From an uncultured Rothia sp. (GTDB taxonomy: Bacteria; Actinomycetota; Actinomycetes; Actinomycetales; Micrococcaceae): DNA of 64,000 nucleotides. Below, piece after piece: positions 20,698 to 30,666 of this stretch (its first letter is position 1; every line of letters begins with the position of its first letter). The translations under genes and the position numbers were made by a program. The DNA is taken from the NCBI RefSeq assembly GCF_916049665.1, contig NZ_CAJZIE010000001.1:1223-65222 (forward strand), written 5' to 3'. The notes under the pieces are model-generated. The model was not told the origin of the DNA. It ran no database searches and saw only the letters and a list, made by a program, of their open reading frames with translations.

Positions 20698-20746
20698 ATC
20701 CCGGGTACTCTCACGAGAGAGTGCCCGGGATTTTTTGTGCCCTTTA
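20698..20746 (+). terminator. rho-independent terminator closing the SBP array
   Basis: Hairpin 'cccgggtactctcacgagagagtgcccggg' followed by TTTTTT. Confidence 0.7.
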
Positions 20747-20796
20747 GCCGGATATGTAATTACAAAAAACGAGGGGAGCGCCACTCTAACTGGCTG

Positions 20797-21840
20797 CTAC
20801 CACTCGCCCAGGTACAGGGCACGCTCCTGCAGGTACCTCAACATCTTCGGGTTCTGCCGCAGATAGAAGATGCGGTAAATGCCGCCTCCAGCGACGATGA
20901 AAGCCAGCGGGAAACCTAAAATCACGAGCACACGGCTCATATTGGCGGACAGATCAAAAGGATCACCGCTGGTTGCCACCAGTACAATCCAGAGAGAATA
21001 GCCCACGCAGGCGAGCAGAGTGCCCCACATGCCGCGCACGAGCCAGCTTACCAGTGTCACCGCAATGACCCACGCCAGCGCCAACGTGAACTGGTGACGC
21101 TCCGCCTGAGCCCAGGGAAGCGCCCCCACGTAAATAATTGCGGGGATGCCCAGGTACCCGGGGATATTCAGCGAGGCAAGAATGTTCACACAAAAATAGC
21201 CCAAGAAAATAGCGCTCAACGATGAGGACAGGAACAGGTGCAGGGGAATCATGCCGTCGCCGCTATAGACGGCGGTCGGGCCCGCGTACACGGTTTCAAA
21301 CATGAGGGTCAGCGGAGTCATCATGTACTCAATCCAGACGACCAGCGCAAAAGCACCGAAAATGCCCAGAGCTTGCATCAGAGCAATCAACCGTGAACGC
21401 GCATCGTGAGGAATGGTGAAGCTCTGACCCTTCGCCTTGACGCCGCAGAGATGAACGACAGCCACCATTGCCGCGATGCACAGTACCCAGCGCACGAGGA
21501 CCCCCGGCAGCTCAGGAAGACCTCCATAAGCCCCCGTAGCGGGGTCGCCCCAGGCTCCGGGGAGCAGCGTAATAGCGTGAGTGCCCTCGGGGAGGCTGGT
21601 GGAGGAAGCAAACCGGTGCGGCTCGTAGATAACCCACCACAGAAGGCACGCTGGAATCAGCGCGGAGAGCTTACGCAACAGAACCGGAAACGGCGCGGAC
21701 TCGTAGACGAGCGCCTCAAGATTGAGCCGGCGCATCAGCCGCCGAACAGGAGAAAGAGCGCGTAGCTCTTTTTGCTGCTCTTCCCACACTCCGGTATCCC
21801 ACGTCCTAGTATCAGAAGACATCATCGTACTCCATATCAC
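20797..21840 (-). CDS. hypothetical polytopic integral membrane protein (Trp/Leu-rich, ~8 TMS), function unknown
   Basis: 347 aa ORF with coding-like GC3 and multiple hydrophobic helices. No motif I can recognise. Convergent with the SBP array. Confidence 0.5.
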   Translation of the reverse strand: MIWSTMMSSDTRTWDTGVWEEQQKELRALSPVRRLMRRLNLEALVYESAPFPVLLRKLSALIPACLLWWVIYEPHRFASSTSLPEGTHAITLLPGAWGDPATGAYGGLPELPGVLVRWVLCIAAMVAVVHLCGVKAKGQSFTIPHDARSRLIALMQALGIFGAFALVVWIEYMMTPLTLMFETVYAGPTAVYSGDGMIPLHLFLSSSLSAIFLGYFCVNILASLNIPGYLGIPAIIYVGALPWAQAERHQFTLALAWVIAVTLVSWLVRGMWGTLLACVGYSLWIVLVATSGDPFDLSANMSRVLVILGFPLAFIVAGGGIYRIFYLRQNPKMLRYLQERALYLGEW

Positions 21841-22003
21841 CTGAGAACTTCCTTGTTGAGCGTATTCTTACATTAGCAGAAATACCCCCGGCTAGTGCAT
21901 ACGCCCAAGCAAAACCTGCCTAAAGAATCAGTACATAAGAGAACAGGCATAAGGAAAGGGGCCCCACCATAATGGTGGGGCCCCTTAGAGCCTATAAAGG
22001 GAA

Positions 22004-24076
22004 CTACTTAGTGGTCACCTTCAGGACAGTGCTCAGGTTCTGGTGAGCAACGCCCGGCAGACCCTTCACCTCAGCGAACTTGCGGGTGTTGGTCACGATA
22101 ACCGGGGTAATCAGCGGGTAACCCGCCTCCTTGATAACCTCAGGATCGAACTCAATCAGAGCGTCGCCAGCAGCAACAACATCGCCCTTAGCAACCTTCA
22201 CGCTGAAGCCCTTACCGTCCAGGTTCACGGTATCCAGACCAACGTGAATCAGCAGCTCAATGCCGTTCTCCAGCTTCAGACCCACAGCGTGGCCCGAGGG
22301 GTAGGTTGCAGCAACCTTACCGGCTGCGGGAGCAACAACAGTGGTACCGGTCGGCTCAATTGCCACACCCTCGCCCAGCTTGCCAGCAGCGAAAATCGGG
22401 TCCGGAACATCAGACAGAGCAACAGCAGTACCCTCAAGAGGAGCGTGCAGCTCAATGACCTCACCAGCGGAAGCAGCGGGTGCAGCAGCCGCGGTCGCAG
22501 CAGCGGCAGCAGCCGGAGCAGCCTTAGCGGCAACAGCCTCAGCCTTAGGAGCGGCCTCAGCATCCTCAGCCTTACGCTCCGCAGCGTGCCTTACAGCGTC
22601 AGCCTTCGACTCGTAACCGAACAGCAGAACACCGGTCATAGCGCCGAAGAACGCAATAGCCAGACCAATCACGTACAGGTAGGAAGGCTGCATAGCCGGA
22701 ATCGACAGCAGCGAAGTGAACGCGAACGCGTAGGACTTAACGCCCAGGAAGGAAATGGTAGCACCACCAATAACAGCGGGAACCAGAATAATCGGAATCA
22801 CGCGCTTGTAGCGGAGCACAACACCGTACAGGGACGGCTCAGAAATACCACCGAGCAGACCGGACATCGACGCACCAACAGCGGTCTGGCGCAGCTCGCG
22901 GTCGTGCTTAGCCTTAATAGCCACACCGGTGACCAGGCCGAACACAGCGAAGTTGTAAGCACCCATGGGGGACTGAATGAAGTCAGTACCCATGGTCTGC
23001 AGGTTGTTAATCATGACAGCGTTCAGCGGCCAGTGCAGACCCAGCGGAACCATGAACAGGTACAGGCCAGCAATCAGAGCACCAACCAGAGCCGGAGCAA
23101 CGTCGTTAACCATCTTCAGGAAGTCAGAGATACCCATAGCCACACCAATGCCGATGGGGCCAACCAGGAACGCGGTCACCGGAACCAGAATGATGACCGA
23201 AATCATCGGCACGAACACCATCTGCAGCATCGAAGGAATAACCTTCTTCAGGAAGCGCTCAAGCGGAGCCAGCAGAGCAGCAGCCAGCAGCGGGGGGAAG
23301 ACCTGACCGGTGTAGCTGAATGCGTACAGCGGCAGATCCAGACCGAAGAACGGAACGTTCAGGATCTTGGTAGTGGGGTCAGCCAGAGCGGTCAAATCGG
23401 TGAAGGTACTGGTCATCAGCGCAGCGGGGATAGCCGCACCAACCCACATGTTCGCGCCCAGACGCTTAGCGGCGGTAGCGCCCAGCATGATGGGCATGAA
23501 GTTCAGAACCGACAGCGAAGCAGCCTTCAGGATGTACCAGAAAGCGAACTGCTGCATCCACTGGTTGTTCAGAGCCTTAGCTTCCGCAGGGTCAGCCACA
23601 CGAGCACCGTTAATGATGTCAATGTTCACGCTCTGACCGGTCAAGTCAGTGTACTGACCGAAGAAGCCCAGCTGCTGCATGAACACAATCAGGGTCAGAA
23701 TCATCGAGGTACCCAGAAGCGCCCACAGCAGAGGACGGAAGGAGTCAGACAGAACGTCGAAGACGTTGGTAAGCCAGCCGGACTTCTTACCCTCAGCCTC
23801 AACCTTGGTGTCACCCTCAGCGTGGCCGGACATAGAAGGCAGAGCGTTGATCTCGTTGTACACAGCCTCAACGCGATCGCCCAGAACAACCTGAGTCTGG
23901 CCGGACTGCTCAATCACAGAGAGAACGCCGGGCAGGCCCTCAATCTTCTTGTTCTGCACTGCATCGTTAGACACAGGAGTGACACGAAGGCGGGTTGCGC
24001 AGTGAGTAATGTGCGCGATGTTCTCGGGGCCACCCAGGCCGTCAAGAATCTTCTCGCCAAGTTCGCGGTTATTCAC
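22004..24076 (-). CDS. PTS transporter subunit EIIBCA, glucose/glucoside family
   Basis: N-terminal IIB domain with catalytic Cys 'HCATRLR', a central polytopic IIC domain, an Ala/Pro-rich linker, and a C-terminal IIA-Glc domain ('IHVGLDTVNLDGKGF'). Confidence 0.85.
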   Translation of the reverse strand: MNNRELGEKILDGLGGPENIAHITHCATRLRVTPVSNDAVQNKKIEGLPGVLSVIEQSGQTQVVLGDRVEAVYNEINALPSMSGHAEGDTKVEAEGKKSGWLTNVFDVLSDSFRPLLWALLGTSMILTLIVFMQQLGFFGQYTDLTGQSVNIDIINGARVADPAEAKALNNQWMQQFAFWYILKAASLSVLNFMPIMLGATAAKRLGANMWVGAAIPAALMTSTFTDLTALADPTTKILNVPFFGLDLPLYAFSYTGQVFPPLLAAALLAPLERFLKKVIPSMLQMVFVPMISVIILVPVTAFLVGPIGIGVAMGISDFLKMVNDVAPALVGALIAGLYLFMVPLGLHWPLNAVMINNLQTMGTDFIQSPMGAYNFAVFGLVTGVAIKAKHDRELRQTAVGASMSGLLGGISEPSLYGVVLRYKRVIPIILVPAVIGGATISFLGVKSYAFAFTSLLSIPAMQPSYLYVIGLAIAFFGAMTGVLLFGYESKADAVRHAAERKAEDAEAAPKAEAVAAKAAPAAAAAATAAAAPAASAGEVIELHAPLEGTAVALSDVPDPIFAAGKLGEGVAIEPTGTTVVAPAAGKVAATYPSGHAVGLKLENGIELLIHVGLDTVNLDGKGFSVKVAKGDVVAAGDALIEFDPEVIKEAGYPLITPVIVTNTRKFAEVKGLPGVAHQNLSTVLKVTTK

Positions 24077-24146
24077 GATACTTCCTTAGATATGCGGTCA
24101 ATGTCTACTCAACGTTGCTACAGGAGGCTGCGCTCGCTGAAGAAAA

Positions 24147-24215
24147 CCCAAACGGGGGAACCCCAGAACGGGGAAACCCAGAACGGGGAAACCCAGAAGC
24201 GGGAAACGCCCCAGA
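24147..24215. repeat. about 4.5 tandem copies of a 15-nt unit (CCCAGAACGGGGAAA on the plus strand; TTTCCCCGTTCTGGG in the PTS sense strand) in the PTS leader
   Basis: Direct reading: cccaaacgggggaa / ccccagaacggggaaa / cccagaacggggaaa / cccagaagcgggaaa, located 70-140 nt upstream of the PTS start codon. Confidence 0.8.
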
Positions 24216-24672
24216 AAACACAAAAGACCCGAGTCTCTCGACCACCGGAAGCACTACACTTTGTGCCCACTATGGAGCTTCGGTACAGCAAATAGAGGGG
24301 ATTATCGGCAGATACAAACTGCCGTCCCATACGGTGTTGAGTAACTCAGGTCTTGCCTGCCAAACCAGTAACAACCCTGAAGAAGGTTTCCCTTCTCAAA
24401 TAGTTCCCTGTAACTCTAAGGGTTTTCCCAGGTTAAGAGCAAGGTGAGAGAGAAAAGCTATCAGAAGCTGTTAAATGTTTCACTCAAGTGATAGCTGGGA
24501 CACACCATCGGCAGTGCTAGTAGGAGTGCCCAGACTGGCTCCGGAACGCTCCGGAACATTCCGGCACGCCCCAGACCGGGTGCCCCTCGAAGACGCCGCT
24601 CATGAAGACGCGGAAGGGCCCCGCATCCACAGGATACGGGGCCCACACGCTACCGAAGCAGCTACCTTTCGA

Positions 24673-27294
24673 CTACTTAGTCGGGAAGAAATTCAGCGGA
24701 GCAACCTCCAGCTCAGGGTAATTACGCTTCTGCCAACGGCGGTTACGATGCGCATTCACCTCAATCAGAGCCGCACCCAGGGCGCCGGCACCAACCGCGG
24801 TCCACAGCAGATGCGGAAGCACCGTAACGAACTGGTGGTACTCCACCAGAACCGGCACGAACAGCGCCGCGAAGAACACCGCAAGCAATGCGCCAAACAG
24901 CAGAACACGAGCACGGTTGAACGGGCGAGCCACCGCAGCCAAGTTCCACAGACCCATCATCACCAGGGTGATGAACGAAGCCGTCTGAATCTGACGGATA
25001 TCCTCAACACCCATGCCGCGAGCCGTGAACGTCACCGCCAACAGCATCGCAACCACAATAATCGAGTTCGGAACCGTGTAATTCAGCACGCGGCGCAAGA
25101 AGCCCGGCACGTAACGGCGCGAATTCGGTAGCAGAGTCAACGCGAAGGACGACGCGCCCACAATCAAGAAGTCAGCGGTCGAGTACTGACGCGGCAAGAA
25201 CGGGAAGGTCAAACCGAAGAGGCTGAACAGAACACCCAGCAGAATCGCGAAACCGGTCTTCGTCAAGAACAGGTTCGCCACCATCTCAATGTTCGTAATG
25301 ACCTGACGGCCCTGCTCCAGGGCAGCCGGCAGGGACGAGAACTTACCGTCCAGCAGAACCAGACGAGAAACAGCCTTCGTCGCAGGGGCCGCGTTACCCA
25401 TCGCAATACCCAAGCTTGCATGCTTGAGCGCCAGAGCGTCATTAATACCGTCACCGGTCATTGCCACCACATGGCCGCGCTCCTTCAGAGCAATCACCAT
25501 GTTCTTCTTCTGCTCGGGCGACACACGACCGAAAATGTTGTGAGTAGCCGCAGCCTCGGCAAGCTCCGGGCCGTCCTCGGGCAGAGTCGACGCGTCAACC
25601 GCACCAGCGGAGGTGTCCATACCCGCGGTCTTCGCAGCCGCCGCCACAGTGAACGGGTTATCACCCGAGAAGACCTTCAGAGTCACGCCCTGACGGTGGA
25701 AATACTCCACAATCTCAGGCGCATCCGCACGCACGTTCTCACGGAAAATCACGAACAGAACCGGGGTAGCATCCGACGGGATCTTCTGGATCGGCTCATC
25801 CTTCTCATTGCGGACCACCGCAGAAGCATGCGCCAAAACCATCGTGCGCAGACCCAACGCCGCCAGTTCGGCCGCACGCTCACGCTCAGCGGTGCCCTTG
25901 GCGAGAAGCGCCTCCGGAGCACCCAGAAGCCAAGCACCCGAATCCTTAAACTCAATCGCGCTAAAACGCAGAGCCGAGGAGAACGGCACAATACCGGTCA
26001 CCGACGCTGACGAAGCATCCGGGAAGCCACCGGTCAGAGCCGCAGCGGTCGGGTTCGCGTTCTCATCGTGACCAAACCACGCCAGCGCCTCATTCCAGCC
26101 GGCAGGTAGAGAAGCACGCCAAGAAGTGTGCTCGGCAGAGTCGGCATCCGGGCCCTCAGCCTCAGCAGCGGTGTCCAGCGGGCGCACCGAATCAAAAATC
26201 ACGCCGCCCTCAGTCAGGGTGCCGGTCTTATCGAAGCAGACCACGTCCACACGAGCCAGAACCTCAACCGCAGGCTGTTCCTGCACCAGGATGTTGTGCT
26301 TACGACCCAGCGTCACAGCCGCCGCAGCAAACGCCAGGGTAGTCATCAGCGCCAGGCCCTGCGGAATCATCGAAGCAACCGAGGACACCACAGCAATAGA
26401 AACCTGCTCCCACAGGTTGTTCTGCTGCACGGTCTCCAGGCCGCCAGCCGCCTGAATCTGACCCCACAACACCACAGGAATAATGACCGCAAGACCCACC
26501 GTAATCCAGCGGACTACACGGTTCAGCGCATCACGCAGCTCAGACTGAATACGCGAGAACTGGCGCGCCTCGTCAGAAATCTTGCTTGCACGAGAATTCG
26601 CACCCACGTGCGAGAGCAGGACGCGGCCGGTACCACCCAGCACACTCGACGCCGACAGCACCATATCGCCGGGGCGCTTAGCAATCGGGTCGTTCTCACC
26701 GGTCAGCAGGGACTCATCCAGCTCCAAAGAATCGGAGGTGAGCACAACAGCATCCGCGGGAACCTGATCGCCGCGCTTGAGGATGACAACGTCACCCTCA
26801 ACCAGCTGCTCCATCGGAACCTCGATGGTCTTACCGTCACGCACAGCGGTCGCGGGGGATCGGTCCAGCAGAGAGATGCGGTCCAGCTCAAGCTTCGCCT
26901 TGTACTCCTGCACAAAACCAATCACCACGTTAGCGATAACAGCCGCCAGGAAGAGCAAATCAGCCCAACGCTGGTACATGATCACTACAGCGCCACAGGC
27001 ACCCAACACAAAGTTAAAGACCGTGAACAGATGCGCACGCATAATGCTCCACAGCGTGCGGGAAGACTTATTGTTCTGGGTATTGACCTTACCCTCAGCC
27101 GTCAGGCGTGCAACATCATCGCTACTCAAGCCGTGCTGGGCAATATCGAAAGATCCGCTATGCGGTGTTTCAGAATATTCGGGAATGTAGCCGGCAACGG
27201 CAGCCGTTGCCGTTTTCTGCTGAGGATCCATGCAGGGGTCTCTTTCTCGAATGGGTGGAATGCAGAACTGAATAGAGTTCAGCATTGCGGACAC
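24673..27294 (-). CDS. cation-transporting P-type ATPase (P2-type; Ca2+/Mg2+-like)
   Basis: Phosphorylation motif 'CFDKTGTLTEGG', hinge 'MTGDGINDALALKHASLGIAMG', and 10 predicted TMS. Confidence 0.85.
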   Translation of the reverse strand: MSAMLNSIQFCIPPIRERDPCMDPQQKTATAAVAGYIPEYSETPHSGSFDIAQHGLSSDDVARLTAEGKVNTQNNKSSRTLWSIMRAHLFTVFNFVLGACGAVVIMYQRWADLLFLAAVIANVVIGFVQEYKAKLELDRISLLDRSPATAVRDGKTIEVPMEQLVEGDVVILKRGDQVPADAVVLTSDSLELDESLLTGENDPIAKRPGDMVLSASSVLGGTGRVLLSHVGANSRASKISDEARQFSRIQSELRDALNRVVRWITVGLAVIIPVVLWGQIQAAGGLETVQQNNLWEQVSIAVVSSVASMIPQGLALMTTLAFAAAAVTLGRKHNILVQEQPAVEVLARVDVVCFDKTGTLTEGGVIFDSVRPLDTAAEAEGPDADSAEHTSWRASLPAGWNEALAWFGHDENANPTAAALTGGFPDASSASVTGIVPFSSALRFSAIEFKDSGAWLLGAPEALLAKGTAERERAAELAALGLRTMVLAHASAVVRNEKDEPIQKIPSDATPVLFVIFRENVRADAPEIVEYFHRQGVTLKVFSGDNPFTVAAAAKTAGMDTSAGAVDASTLPEDGPELAEAAATHNIFGRVSPEQKKNMVIALKERGHVVAMTGDGINDALALKHASLGIAMGNAAPATKAVSRLVLLDGKFSSLPAALEQGRQVITNIEMVANLFLTKTGFAILLGVLFSLFGLTFPFLPRQYSTADFLIVGASSFALTLLPNSRRYVPGFLRRVLNYTVPNSIIVVAMLLAVTFTARGMGVEDIRQIQTASFITLVMMGLWNLAAVARPFNRARVLLFGALLAVFFAALFVPVLVEYHQFVTVLPHLLWTAVGAGALGAALIEVNAHRNRRWQKRNYPELEVAPLNFFPTK

Positions 27295-27472
27295 TACCTT
27301 TCAGTGTATCCGTGCAAGCGGGGATAAAGATAATCTCCGCCCTGTAATGAGCTGATAGTTACAGTCATCCCAGAACGGAGATTTAATATATGCGAATACT
27401 GGCATATTTTGAGGTAGAAAGTGTTTGCTGAGCGGTTCGCTAACGCTTCTGTAGAATCAGCGCGCTAGCAGG

Positions 27473-28243
27473 TCAGCGCTCCGGCAGAATCAACAAACGA
27501 TTCGTCACCGGATGCCTCAACACCTCAATCGGATGCTGATACACCTCAGACAACAACTCCGCCGAACACACCTGCTCAGGGGTGCCCGAAGCAACCACCT
27601 CGCCACCACGCAACAACACCATACGGTCAGAATACGCAGCCGCTACATCCAGGTCATGAAGCACGGTCAACACCGCGGCACCCTCGGCAGCCAACTCACG
27701 GCTCACCCGCAACGTCTGCTCCTGATGTGTAATATCCAACGCCGCAGTCGGCTCATCCAAAAGAATCAGCGGAGTCTGCTGAGCAAACACACGTGCCAAA
27801 TGCGCACGGCCACTTTCGCCACCGGACAGGGTCGTAATATCGCGATCCGACAAATGAGTCACCGACGTGCGCTCCATCATCGAAGCGACCACGGCATCAT
27901 CCTCTTCAGCGCGCTCCGTACCCTTCCACGGGGTGCGGCCCATCTGAACCACTTCATGCACCGTGTACGAAAACGCCACATTCAACTTCTGCAGTAGCAT
28001 CGCACGCTGACGAGCCATCTGACGGGCAGGAATCGAACCCAGGGGGGCGCCATCCAGCAGAATCTCACCGCTACTGCGCGCAATATCACCAGCAATCACA
28101 CCCAACAGAGTGGACTTACCGGCACCATTGGGACCAATTAGCGACACAACCTCGCCCGCAGAAACCGACAGAGACACATCATTCAGAATCTGGCGCCCAC
28201 CAGCGTTAAAACACACACCGGACAGGCTTAACAACTCACTCAC
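27473..28243 (-). CDS. hmuV: heme/iron-siderophore ABC transporter ATP-binding protein
   Basis: Walker A 'GPNGAGKST'. FecE/HmuV-like size of 256 aa. Overlaps the permease upstream. Confidence 0.8.
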   Translation of the reverse strand: MSELLSLSGVCFNAGGRQILNDVSLSVSAGEVVSLIGPNGAGKSTLLGVIAGDIARSSGEILLDGAPLGSIPARQMARQRAMLLQKLNVAFSYTVHEVVQMGRTPWKGTERAEEDDAVVASMMERTSVTHLSDRDITTLSGGESGRAHLARVFAQQTPLILLDEPTAALDITHQEQTLRVSRELAAEGAAVLTVLHDLDVAAAYSDRMVLLRGGEVVASGTPEQVCSAELLSEVYQHPIEVLRHPVTNRLLILPER

Positions 28244-29319
28244 GAAGCACCTCCGCCCTGACCCAGAGAACGACGCAACAAGACAAAGAACGTCGGGCCG
28301 CCCACCAGAGCCGTAAAAATACCAATCGGCAAATCAGCAAAAGGCACCAGCGTACGCGCACCCAAATCAGATAGCGCAATCAACAGAGCGCCACCCAACG
28401 CCGAAGCCGGCAACAGTACACGATTCGACGGACCCAAAATCATGCGCAACAGGTGAGGAATAATCAGACCAATAAACGCAATAATGCCCGCATACGCCAC
28501 CGCGGCACCCGTCAACAAAGCCGTCGCCGCAATAGACACCGCACGTAGGCGCTCCACATTCACACCCGAATGCTGCGCCGCGCGCTCACCCAACGCCAGA
28601 ACATCCAGCGAAGAAGCCATCACGAAACACGCCACCAAGCCAATCAGAATGACCGGCCACACGCTCGCAACAGCCTTCCACGTGGCGCCGTTCAGCGAAC
28701 CCATCTGCCAGAACACAATCTGATCGCGGCTCGTCGTATCAGCAATGAACATGAGGAACGCAATAATCGCATTCGCCACCGCGGTCACCGCAATACCCGT
28801 CAAAATCATCGACAGGACCTTAGCACGCCCCGAAGAACGCGACAGGAAATACACCAGCGCGGTAGCCGCCAGCGCACCCACAAACGCGAACGCGGGAGTC
28901 GTGAAAATGCCGAAGAACTGCAGGTTCAACACAATCGACAAACACGCGCCAACCGCCGCACCCGAGGAAACACCAATCACGCCCGGCTCAGCCAGCGGGT
29001 TACCGAACACCGACTGCATCACCGCACCGGAAGTGCCCAACGCGGCACCCACCAGCACACCCAACAGCACACGCGGGAAACGGATATTCCACAGCGTATT
29101 ATCGGCAAGCTGCATCGCCGGGTTCTCCGGCACAAAACCCAGACGGCGGCCCACAGAAGCAATCACCTGATCAGTCGGGATATTGTACTGACCCAAACCC
29201 GCAGACAGCACCATCACGGCGCACAGCGCCACCGCCAAAAACGTAAACGTCAGACCGGCACGACGCCGACGCGACGCACGATAATCCCTCGCGCCCGCCG
29301 CACTCTTCACGGCAGCCAC
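28240..29319 (-). CDS. hmuU: heme/iron ABC transporter permease, FecCD family
   Basis: 359 aa polytopic protein with FecCD-type architecture. Translationally coupled to hmuT and hmuV. Confidence 0.8.
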   Translation of the reverse strand: MAAVKSAAGARDYRASRRRRAGLTFTFLAVALCAVMVLSAGLGQYNIPTDQVIASVGRRLGFVPENPAMQLADNTLWNIRFPRVLLGVLVGAALGTSGAVMQSVFGNPLAEPGVIGVSSGAAVGACLSIVLNLQFFGIFTTPAFAFVGALAATALVYFLSRSSGRAKVLSMILTGIAVTAVANAIIAFLMFIADTTSRDQIVFWQMGSLNGATWKAVASVWPVILIGLVACFVMASSLDVLALGERAAQHSGVNVERLRAVSIAATALLTGAAVAYAGIIAFIGLIIPHLLRMILGPSNRVLLPASALGGALLIALSDLGARTLVPFADLPIGIFTALVGGPTFFVLLRRSLGQGGGAS

Positions 29320-30482
29320 TACTGGGCTCCCGCAGGAGTCGAGTACGCAGCCTTAGCCAGCGACAGCAACACCGCCGGAGTATTCGGGCCGTAGGACAGA
29401 ATCTGACCGTCACCCATATCGATAATGCGCTTATTCTTACCGGCAGTCGTCTCACCCACACCCGGGCGAGCCAAGAAACCATCCAAACCACCGGTGGACT
29501 TAATGCCGCCGCTCATGGTCAGAATGACGTCCGGGTTCAGCTTCACCAGCGCCTCACTGGTCGCCGGAATAATATTCGTCGCGTTCTGCTCAGACGCCAC
29601 ATCCTTGCCGCCAATAGCCTGAATCAAATCATCAGCGCCAGAGCCCTTACCGAGCACGAAGAACACGCCAGCGGTACCGCGCACGTACAGGAACGCGAAC
29701 GACACCTGCTGCTCGCCCTTCGGTGCAACCTCCTTGAGTACCTGCAGGGCGTAATCCAGGTCCTTCTGCACGCGGGCGGCAACCTGCTCGCCCGCCTCCG
29801 GAACACCCAGCGCCTGCGCCACAGCCTTGAGCTGCGGAATGATCTTATCCATGCGGCGCTCATGGTCGAAGACCACAACGGTCACACCCGCCGCGCGCAG
29901 CTGATCCACAATCTCAATCGGGCCGTTGCTCTTATCCCACAGCACCAGGTCAGGGGAGGTCGCCAGAATCGCCTCAGCATTCAGGTCGTGACCGTTCTGA
30001 GTCACCAGCGGAAGATGAGCCAGCGACTGCTCCGTCGAGGAGGTGACGCGACCCACCAGGCGGCCGCCCAGACCCAATGCAATCATCTGCTGAGCCAGAG
30101 TGCCGTACAGGTCCAGCGCCAGCACACGGTCAGCGGACTTAACGGTCACCTCAGTGCCGTTGAAATCCTTGAACGTCACGGGGAAAGCCGGAGTGGGGGT
30201 ATCGACCATCGGCTGAATTTCGGGGGTATCCGCCGCGCTATTGGGGCCGCGCAGAGCCTTCTGATCAGGGGCAATAGAAGAACGCAGCTGATCTGCCAGG
30301 TTCTCCAAAACGGTGCGGGTGCTCTGCTCATCCACCACAGCCTGCGACGTGTTCGAAGAAGCAGACGGGTTCTGAGTACCCACGCCGCAAGAGCTCAACA
30401 GGAACGCGGAGGTGATGGAGAACGCCGCATACTTCATTGCATCGCGGCGGTTCAGGGCAGAAGAAGAAAGAGAAGAAAACAT
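29319..30482 (-). CDS. hmuT: heme ABC transporter substrate-binding lipoprotein (class III periplasmic binding protein)
   Basis: Lipobox 'AFLLSSCG'. Periplasmic binding protein fold typical of HmuT/FecB. Sits in an operon with the FecCD permease and ATPase. Confidence 0.75.
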   Translation of the reverse strand: MFSSLSSSALNRRDAMKYAAFSITSAFLLSSCGVGTQNPSASSNTSQAVVDEQSTRTVLENLADQLRSSIAPDQKALRGPNSAADTPEIQPMVDTPTPAFPVTFKDFNGTEVTVKSADRVLALDLYGTLAQQMIALGLGGRLVGRVTSSTEQSLAHLPLVTQNGHDLNAEAILATSPDLVLWDKSNGPIEIVDQLRAAGVTVVVFDHERRMDKIIPQLKAVAQALGVPEAGEQVAARVQKDLDYALQVLKEVAPKGEQQVSFAFLYVRGTAGVFFVLGKGSGADDLIQAIGGKDVASEQNATNIIPATSEALVKLNPDVILTMSGGIKSTGGLDGFLARPGVGETTAGKNKRIIDMGDGQILSYGPNTPAVLLSLAKAAYSTPAGAQ

Positions 30483-30666
30483 CGTCGTCTCACAGAGAAA
30501 AAGGGAGCTAGAAAAACTGGGGTAGGTGCCGGGGCAAAATCTGGCACCTGAAGCGGGGGTGCAGTGAAAATCTGCACCCCCGCACGGACCGTGTCAGCTC
30601 ACCGGTGAACCTCATGGTTGAGTCTCACGGGCGAGCCGACAGTGTGGGCATCCTCGTGAGGTGCCG

